From: Gammaproteobacteria bacterium
GTDB lineage: Bacteria; Pseudomonadota; Gammaproteobacteria; Burkholderiales; Sulfuricellaceae
Assembly: GCA_018824405.1 (NCBI GenBank)
Contig: JAHJGO010000011.1
Coordinates: forward strand, 77,783 to 109,782
Length of the DNA: 32,000 nucleotides
Reading direction: 5' to 3'
Positions 23,349 to 32,000 of this stretch are shown here, piece by piece. The notes below the pieces were generated by a model. That model saw only the letters and a list, made by a program, of their open reading frames with translations. It was not told the origin of the DNA and did no database searches. Each line of letters opens with the position of its first letter. Within the stretch, counting starts at the first letter, position 1. Position numbers and translations under genes: made by a program.

Positions 23349-24455
23349 ATGTTATTAATGAAAATCAATAAGGAAGAATTTCTCAAGCCATTGCAGTCAG
23401 TTGCAGGTATTGTTGAACGACGACATACACTTCCAATCTTGTCTAATGTACTTATTCAAATTGGAAATCAAAATATCGCATTTGTTGCTACTGACCTGGA
23501 AATTCAAATCACAGCAATGCTTGAAAACAAGCAAGATAATAATGAGTCTGCAATTACAGTATCGGCCAAGAAACTTCAGGACATCGTAAGAGCCCTCCCT
23601 GAAAATTCTGAAATCTCTTTCTCAAGCAAGGACAGCAGGTTGCAGCTACGAGCAGGAAAAAGTCAATTCAACCTGCAAACTTTGCCAGCAGAAGATTTTC
23701 CAAAGCTAGCCTTATCTGATGAATTGGTTTCCGAAATTTCAATATCTCAGACCATGCTCAAGCAGTTGTTCAATCAGGTGCAATATGCAATGGCACAACA
23801 GGATATACGTTATTACCTGAACGGTTTATTGCTGGTTCTTGAACCCGGATTTGTAAAAGTCGTAGCAACGGATGGGCACAGATTGAGCCTTGCAAGCATG
23901 AGTAAGGAAACAATAAATCAGTCAGCAGAAGCTATTCTTCCGCGCAAGACTGTTACTGAATTGATCAAATTGCTTGGTGATACGGAGGAGGAAGTAAAAA
24001 TTAACCTCGGGAAGAACCTGGTTACATTCACATTTGGAAATATTAATCTTGTTTCAAAAGTAATTGAAGGTAAATTTCCCGATTACAACAAGGTTATCCC
24101 TTCAAACTATAATAATCATGTTGTGCTGGATAGACTTACAATGCTGCATGCCATGCAGCGCGCTTCGATACTTTCAAATGAAAAATTTCGAGGTGTGCGT
24201 ATGGTCTTGACGCAAAACAGCATGCGCGTTATTTGTAATAATACTGAGCAGGAAGAAGCAGAAGAAGAATTGGAAATTGAATATGTCGATGAACCATTAG
24301 ATATTGGATTTAACGTTACTTACTTGTTGGATGTGTTAAATAACATCAATACCAAGGAAGTGGATTGCTCGTTTGGAGATGCAAACAGCAGTTGCCTGAT
24401 CACTGTTCCTGGAGATGACAGGTTCAAATACGTCGTTATGCCGATGCGGATTTAA
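23349..24455 (+). CDS. dnaN: DNA polymerase III beta sliding clamp
   Basis: 368 aa. LKPLQSVAGIVERRHTLPILSNVLI N-terminal signature and C-terminal YVVMPMRI. The start at 23349 matches the betaproteobacterial MLL... N-termini as I recall them and has AAGG upstream. Confidence 0.97.
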   Translation: MLLMKINKEEFLKPLQSVAGIVERRHTLPILSNVLIQIGNQNIAFVATDLEIQITAMLENKQDNNESAITVSAKKLQDIVRALPENSEISFSSKDSRLQLRAGKSQFNLQTLPAEDFPKLALSDELVSEISISQTMLKQLFNQVQYAMAQQDIRYYLNGLLLVLEPGFVKVVATDGHRLSLASMSKETINQSAEAILPRKTVTELIKLLGDTEEEVKINLGKNLVTFTFGNINLVSKVIEGKFPDYNKVIPSNYNNHVVLDRLTMLHAMQRASILSNEKFRGVRMVLTQNSMRVICNNTEQEEAEEELEIEYVDEPLDIGFNVTYLLDVLNNINTKEVDCSFGDANSSCLITVPGDDRFKYVVMPMRI

Positions 24456-26900
<2,445 letters not shown>

Positions 26901-26920
26901 AATTCTTGTTGAAGCTACAG

Positions 26921-26952
26921 AAAGTTAAGGCTCCTCCCGGAGCCTTAACTTT
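26921..26952. terminator. Bidirectional rho-independent terminator shared by convergent gyrB and topA
   Basis: Perfect 14-bp stem AAAGTTAAGGCTCC / GGAGCCTTAACTTT with loop TCCC. A-run and T-run arms allow function in both directions. It sits in the 61-nt gyrB-topA gap. Confidence 0.65.
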
Positions 26953-26961
26953 TGTAGGTTG

Positions 26962-29238
26962 TTACTCTGGTGCGGCAATCTGTTCCACAAAGCCACACTC
27001 TTTTTGTGGGCACACCTTCTCTGTGCCTCTGCGTTTGGTGATTTTGATTGTCAGGATGGGCCATCCGCATTTTGGGCAGGGTTCGTTGATGGGGGGATTC
27101 CAAGTGGCGTACTTACATTTCGGATAGCTGTTGCACGAATAGAATAGTTTGCCGTATCGACTCTTGCGTTCGATCAGAGCGCCTTCCTTGCATTCAGGGC
27201 AAGAGACACCTGTATCCTTGGGTTTTTCCAGAGGTTCAATAAATTTACATTTTGGATAGCTGGTACAGCCAATGAATTTTCCGTAAGGCCCTGCCTTGAT
27301 GACAAGTTCACTATTACATTGGGGGCAGAGTCGCCCTTCCACAATAACTGGCTGAGTGGATTCTCCAGGATCACCATCCATATTGCGGGTATAGTCACAC
27401 TCCGGATAGGCAGAGCAGCCAATGAATTTTCCACGCTTTCCTAGTCGTGCAGTTAAAGGTTTGCCGCATTTTGGGCAGGCCTCATCCAGTATTTCGACGC
27501 CAGGACGATCAACATCTTTTTTCTGTTCCAGTTGTTGACTGAAGTCCTTCCAGAATGAGTCCAGCACTGGAATCCATTCACGTTTACCGGTAGAAATCAG
27601 GTCAAGTTCATCTTCCAGTTGGGCGGTGAAATCGTAATTTACATAGCGAGTAAAGTGCTCGGTAAGAAACTTATTGACTACTCTGCCCACATCCGTTGGA
27701 TAAAAACGTTTCTTGTCCAGCAGTGCGTATTCTCTGGCTTGCAGGGTGCTAATAATACTGGCATAAGTCGACGGGCGGCCAATGCCATGCTCCTCTAGCG
27801 ACTTGACCAGGCTGGCTTCAGAATAACGTGGTGGGGGTTGTGTGAAGTGCTGTTCGCCGGCGATCTGGTCTATCGCAACTTGCTCCCCTTTTTCGAGAGG
27901 AGGCAATTTGTTTTCGCCTTCTTCTTCGCTATCGTCCTGATCTTCCTGATAGACCGCGATGTAGCCGGGGAAAACCATGGTCTGACCGGTGGCACGGAAC
28001 AAGTTTTCATCACTGCCAACGGCCAGATCCAGGCTGACCGTATCGAATTTCGCCGCACTCATCTGGCAGGCTAGAGTACGTTTCCAGATCATTTCATAAA
28101 GTTTGATCTGCTCTGCACTGAGATATTGTCGGACTTCCTGAGGTGAACGCAGGATGGAAGTCGGGCGAATCGCTTCGTGCGCCTCTTGGGCATTTTTTGA
28201 TTTGTTTTTATAGCTTAGCGCGGTTTTTGGCAAATAGTCAGCGTCAAAATTGCTGGTGATATAAGCGCGAATTTCTTCAATAGCCTCTTGTGCGAGATTG
28301 ACAGAATCAGTACGCATATAGGTAATCAGGCCGGTGGTTTCTCCACCGATATCGATGCCTTCATACAGTTGTTGCGCGACTTTCATAGCACGGTCAGTTG
28401 TAAATCCGAGCTTACGCACAGCTTCCTGCTGCAAAGTGGACGTGGTGAAAGGTGCCGCAGCGACGCGTTGTTTGCGTTTCTTCTCGACCTGAGTGACGGT
28501 GGCTTTGTTTCCGCCGGCTTGCAGCAGTCCAGCAACAATGGCGGCCTGTTGCGCATCGTTATTGACGCTGAATTGAGTCAGCTTCTCGCCTTGGTACTGA
28601 AACAGTTTGGCATTGAATTTTTGTCGGCCCTTGTGGCTGTCGAGGTGAATACTCCAGTATTCCTGAGTCTGAAATTTCTCGATTTCAAGTTCTCGCTCGA
28701 CAATCAGGCGTAATGCCGGACTTTGTACCCGACCTGCAGATAACCCACGACGAATTTTGCGCCAAAGCAGCGGAGATAGGTTGAAACCCACCAGATAGTC
28801 CAGTGCGCGCCGGGCTTGTTGCGCGTTGACCATGTTCATCTCAATTTCGCGCGGTTCGGCAACTGCTGCCTGCACAGCAGATTGCGTGATTTCATGGAAT
28901 ACCACGCGCTTCAGGATCTTATTTTTGAGTAGCTTCTTGGATTTCAGTATTTCCGCCAGATGCCAGGCAATTGCTTCTCCTTCGCGGTCCGGGTCGGTTG
29001 CGAGATAGATGATATCGGCTTCCTTAACCGCTTTAGCAATGGCATCTACGTGCTTGCTGTTGCGCGCGATCAAATCGTACTTCATGGCGAAGTCGTGTGC
29101 GGTATCAACTGCGCCCTGCTTGGGCACAAGGTCACGCACATGCCCATATGAGGCGAGGATTTCAAAATCCTTGCCCAGATATTTTTTCAGGGTTTTTGCT
29201 TTGGACGGGGATTCAACAATCAGCAGGAAGGATGACAT
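26962..29238 (-). CDS. topA: DNA topoisomerase I (type IA) with four C-terminal zinc-ribbon motifs
   Basis: 758 aa. Toprim N-terminus LLIVESPSKAKT and catalytic region ITYMRTDS. C-terminal CPKCG..C..C, CPQC..C..C, CPEC..C..C and CPKCG..C..C repeats. Confidence 0.97.
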   Translation of the reverse strand: MSSFLLIVESPSKAKTLKKYLGKDFEILASYGHVRDLVPKQGAVDTAHDFAMKYDLIARNSKHVDAIAKAVKEADIIYLATDPDREGEAIAWHLAEILKSKKLLKNKILKRVVFHEITQSAVQAAVAEPREIEMNMVNAQQARRALDYLVGFNLSPLLWRKIRRGLSAGRVQSPALRLIVERELEIEKFQTQEYWSIHLDSHKGRQKFNAKLFQYQGEKLTQFSVNNDAQQAAIVAGLLQAGGNKATVTQVEKKRKQRVAAAPFTTSTLQQEAVRKLGFTTDRAMKVAQQLYEGIDIGGETTGLITYMRTDSVNLAQEAIEEIRAYITSNFDADYLPKTALSYKNKSKNAQEAHEAIRPTSILRSPQEVRQYLSAEQIKLYEMIWKRTLACQMSAAKFDTVSLDLAVGSDENLFRATGQTMVFPGYIAVYQEDQDDSEEEGENKLPPLEKGEQVAIDQIAGEQHFTQPPPRYSEASLVKSLEEHGIGRPSTYASIISTLQAREYALLDKKRFYPTDVGRVVNKFLTEHFTRYVNYDFTAQLEDELDLISTGKREWIPVLDSFWKDFSQQLEQKKDVDRPGVEILDEACPKCGKPLTARLGKRGKFIGCSAYPECDYTRNMDGDPGESTQPVIVEGRLCPQCNSELVIKAGPYGKFIGCTSYPKCKFIEPLEKPKDTGVSCPECKEGALIERKSRYGKLFYSCNSYPKCKYATWNPPINEPCPKCGWPILTIKITKRRGTEKVCPQKECGFVEQIAAPE

Positions 29239-29292
29239 AAACAGTATATGGTGGCGCCGAAGGCTATCAGCGATTGGATGGGGTTGAGAAGA

Positions 29293-29751
29293 TCAGTGCA
29301 TTTGCGGCGTATTATCACCGAACAGCAAGTCTTCCATGAACAGGTAATCATCGGCCTGGCCCTGGCTCCACAAAACGATCAGGACAATCCATTTGACTTG
29401 CTCGATACTTACATCGCGGTCGTTCAACGCAAGAATGCGGTCGATCACCCATTCCCGCTGTATCGGATTAATAATCTTGGAAACTTCAAGGAAAGTCAGA
29501 AAACCACGGCTTTCTGTGTCTATCTTTTTCATTTCAGAATCCGAGTAAACACGTGTAGATATACTATCTACCAGGCTTTCCGGATAAGTGGCATGAGACA
29601 GCTTGTCTAGGTCGTTGAGCCAGTCGAACGCGAGATTGATTTCTGAACTATCAAAACCAGCAGCCGAGAGTTCCTTTTCCAAGGTGCCCTGGTCAGGATG
29701 AAGGTTGGCTTCGAAGTAGTTTTCGAACAAGTAAACAAGTATGTCGAACAT
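29293..29751 (-). CDS. smg: Smg protein (DUF494 family)
   Basis: 152 aa. MFDILVYLFENY N-terminus typical of Smg, with conserved dprA-smg-topA synteny. Confidence 0.88.
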   Translation of the reverse strand: MFDILVYLFENYFEANLHPDQGTLEKELSAAGFDSSEINLAFDWLNDLDKLSHATYPESLVDSISTRVYSDSEMKKIDTESRGFLTFLEVSKIINPIQREWVIDRILALNDRDVSIEQVKWIVLIVLWSQGQADDYLFMEDLLFGDNTPQMH

Positions 29752-29769
29752 TATTAATTGGCTTCGCTA

Positions 29770-30867
29770 TTAAACTTTTCCATTGCGCTGGTATAGGCCA
29801 CCCGGCAGACAGGTGATATAGCCAGCCAATTCCATGCTTAACAGAATGGCGCAAACGGTATCACTCGTCAAGCTGCTGCAGGAAACCAGGGCGTCAATTC
29901 CGACCGGGTCGAAGCCGAGGCATTGCATCAGCCTTGTTTCTTCCTTGTTCCGGGATATGGGCTCAGTGGTGCTGGCCGGTGCGGCAATGGCAGGATAACC
30001 GAGCTCATCCAGAATGTCCTGAGTGGTTTCAACCAGTTTGGCTCCCTGTTTAATCAGGAAATGGCAACCTCTGGCCAGTGGCGAATGGATGGAACCAGGA
30101 ATGGCAAATACCTCCCGCCCTTGCTCGCTCGCCAACCGTGCGGTGATCAGGGATCCGCTCTGGAGTGCTGCCTCCACAACCAGACAGCCTCGAGAAAGGC
30201 CACTGATCAGACGGTTTCGGCGTGGAAAGTTCTGGGCTTTTGAAGGGGTGCCTAGTGGAAATTCTGACACCAGCGCGCCTTTCTGTGCCAATTCATGCGC
30301 TAACTCGCGGTGGCGAGCAGGATAAACAATATCCAGGCCGGTGCCAACTACGGCAATGCTGCTTGCCTGGCCTCGCAACCCGCCACGATGGGCTGCGCCA
30401 TCAATTCCTAATGCCAGTCCGCTGATAATACATAAGCCACTATTACTTAGATGGTGTGCAAAGCTCTCCGCATTGACTAAGCCTTGAGGGGTGGCGTTGC
30501 GACTTCCGACAATGGCCAGGGCCGGGAGATTGAGTCGATGCCGCTGTCCCTTGAGATAAAGTAGCGGCGGGGGGTCGGGGACTTCCAGCAAGGCGCGAGG
30601 GTAGTCTTCATCCGCCAGGGTGACAATGTGGTTTAGCGGTTCCTCGAGCCATTCAAGCGTCGAAGCCAGTCCTTCTTGCTCGGGGCCGGCGCTGATAAGG
30701 CGTGCTACGGGTGCACGCACAACTTTTTCCAGGGCGGAATGCCCTGCTGTGAAAATATTCTCTGGGTCACCAAAGGTTTTAAGAAGGCGCCGATAGCTCT
30801 CCCCGCCCAAGCCATGAATCAGGCTTAGGGCGACCCAGAGGGAAAGTTCGTGTTGCTTGTCGATCAA
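29770..30867 (-). CDS. dprA: DNA processing protein DprA (Smf)
   Basis: 365 aa. Rossmann-like DprA core (AIVGSRNATPQG...GLALGIDGAAHRG...VGTGLDIVYP...FPRRNRLISGLS). The ORF-track start is TTG, overlapping the upstream gene's stop as TTGA; the exact start is uncertain. Confidence 0.9.
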   Translation of the reverse strand: MIDKQHELSLWVALSLIHGLGGESYRRLLKTFGDPENIFTAGHSALEKVVRAPVARLISAGPEQEGLASTLEWLEEPLNHIVTLADEDYPRALLEVPDPPPLLYLKGQRHRLNLPALAIVGSRNATPQGLVNAESFAHHLSNSGLCIISGLALGIDGAAHRGGLRGQASSIAVVGTGLDIVYPARHRELAHELAQKGALVSEFPLGTPSKAQNFPRRNRLISGLSRGCLVVEAALQSGSLITARLASEQGREVFAIPGSIHSPLARGCHFLIKQGAKLVETTQDILDELGYPAIAAPASTTEPISRNKEETRLMQCLGFDPVGIDALVSCSSLTSDTVCAILLSMELAGYITCLPGGLYQRNGKV

Positions 30868-32000
30868 GGATTCTTGACAGCGTCCAGCAGATATACCGGG
30901 CGGTTGGCGCTCATGACCAGAGCGTATGAAACACGGTCAAATACGCGATAAACGAAAACCAGGCCGGTGCGACTATCAGGCAGGGTGATCTCGCTTGCCC
31001 CTCTGCCGGGTCGGCAGTGTAGTTTGTAAACATCTTTGGGGTTGAAAAACTGGTCAAAACTGATTTTTGCACCCGGCTTGAGGCAACCGATATCGGAATA
31101 AGTGATTTCCTTGCCTGGCGTGTCGGATGCCTGCTGATCAGCACAGGGCTCGAGCGTTTCCTTTGGGTCGTAAAACTGGTCGAAACTGATGCTTTTCCCG
31201 GGCTTAAGACATTCCTTGTCCTTATAACGCCAAGCCCTCTTGCGCGGCTCCCCCGGTTTGCCTGCAACGGTGCGGCCTTTGCTGTATACGGCAAGCACGT
31301 GCCCCACTTCCACGCCATCCTTGCGCCCCTTGTTTATTAGCACCGTACCATGTTTTCCGGCATCTGAAATTGCGCCATAGGCAGAAATGATCTGGCCATT
31401 GATTGCCTGTTCCGGGGCATGCGGGACGTAATTGAACTCGCCATTGCTGATGCTGGGTACCAGGAGGTCTTCACGGCGAATTTCCAGAACAGAGCGTGTA
31501 ATTGCCAGTTCCATCAAATCATCTTTGTTGTCATTCAGGACCCTGGCTTCTCCAACATATTCACCTTCATGCCCAATAGGTTGTTTGCTATCGGGGTCAT
31601 GAAGCAACTTGCCCTTGCGGAAAATGCTCCAGTCCTTAACGCTGCTGTCCTTGGCATTGGCGGCATATACGCGGTCCCCTCGTCCCATGATGACCCGGCT
31701 TTCATCAGTGCCGACAATATAAGGGGCATTATCCAGATCGCCTTCCTCGATAATCAATGGTTTGGTCAGGAAAGGGCCGATTGCGGACAGGGGAATTGAC
31801 GGTACCCCCTGTGCCTCAAGCATTTGAGAGCGGACGTGCGGGCTCAGCTTGATGACTTGCTCGCCCTTGACCAGTCGTAATCTTGGGTTTCCACTCTGCA
31901 TATCGAGTACAACCACGTCACCAGGGTAAATCAGGTGGGGATTCTTGATCTGTTCACGATTCATTTGCCACAGTTGTGGCCAGCGCCAAGGGTCTTTGAG
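30864..32000 (-). CDS. LysM peptidoglycan-binding domain protein, TsaP-like; 5' end lies beyond the right window edge
   Basis: The ORF-track start (Met at 31964) is internal. The frame stays open to position 32000 and reads LKDPWRWPQLWQMNREQIKNPHLIYPGDVV, the C-terminal half of a LysM domain. The position upstream of dprA matches the TsaP (T4P secretin-associated LysM protein) neighbourhood as I recall it. That assignment is inference. Confidence 0.8.
   Translation of the reverse strand, partial: LKDPWRWPQLWQMNREQIKNPHLIYPGDVVVLDMQSGNPRLRLVKGEQVIKLSPHVRSQMLEAQGVPSIPLSAIGPFLTKPLIIEEGDLDNAPYIVGTDESRVIMGRGDRVYAANAKDSSVKDWSIFRKGKLLHDPDSKQPIGHEGEYVGEARVLNDNKDDLMELAITRSVLEIRREDLLVPSISNGEFNYVPHAPEQAINGQIISAYGAISDAGKHGTVLINKGRKDGVEVGHVLAVYSKGRTVAGKPGEPRKRAWRYKDKECLKPGKSISFDQFYDPKETLEPCADQQASDTPGKEITYSDIGCLKPGAKISFDQFFNPKDVYKLHCRPGRGASEITLPDSRTGLVFVYRVFDRVSYALVMSANRPVYLLDAVKNP

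Noticed and set aside
31962-31964. ORF-track Met start for the LysM protein.
   Set aside because: The reading frame remains open through position 32000 and the upstream codons encode the rest of the LysM domain (LKDPWRWPQLWQ), so this Met is internal and the gene is truncated by the window.

Overview
This window is a conserved, origin-proximal core-chromosome segment. Gene order and protein sequences look betaproteobacterial, but that is an inference with no database check. The window is almost entirely coding.

From left to right:
- a truncated ArsB/NhaD-type permease translationally coupled to a CBS-domain gene (minus strand)
- a divergent CPA1 Na+/H+ antiporter
- tRNA-Gly(CCC)
- one long minus-strand block: glmS-glmU, the full F1Fo ATP synthase operon atpIBEFHAGDC, parB-parA, rsmG-mnmG, mnmE, yidC-yidD-rnpA-rpmH
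- the divergent dnaA-dnaN-gyrB on the plus strand
- a convergent minus-strand block: topA-smg-dprA and a LysM (TsaP-like) gene that runs off the right edge

I added features missing from the ORF track or mis-started there: rpmH (44 aa), the tRNA, the truncated permease, and the true 5' extent of the LysM gene.

Non-coding signals I can support:
- two near-consensus parS centromere sites flanking dnaA
- a perfect DnaA box plus relaxed boxes upstream of dnaA
- an AT-rich, box-containing dnaA-dnaN spacer
- near-consensus sigma70 promoters for atp, rpmH and the tRNA
- two strong bidirectional-looking terminators
- a terminator-like perfect palindrome inside the 5' end of rnpA

I found no mobile element, CRISPR array, toxin-antitoxin or defence-like cassette, pseudogene, or unexplained long ORF. 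I do not see an undescribed multi-gene system here.

The most unusual sequence-level observation is a marked AT-rich compositional block around the origin genes. In 60-nt lines I counted by hand, rnpA through gyrB run about 35-42% GC and yidC is intermediate. The flanking atp, par, gid, mnmE and dprA genes run about 55-63%.
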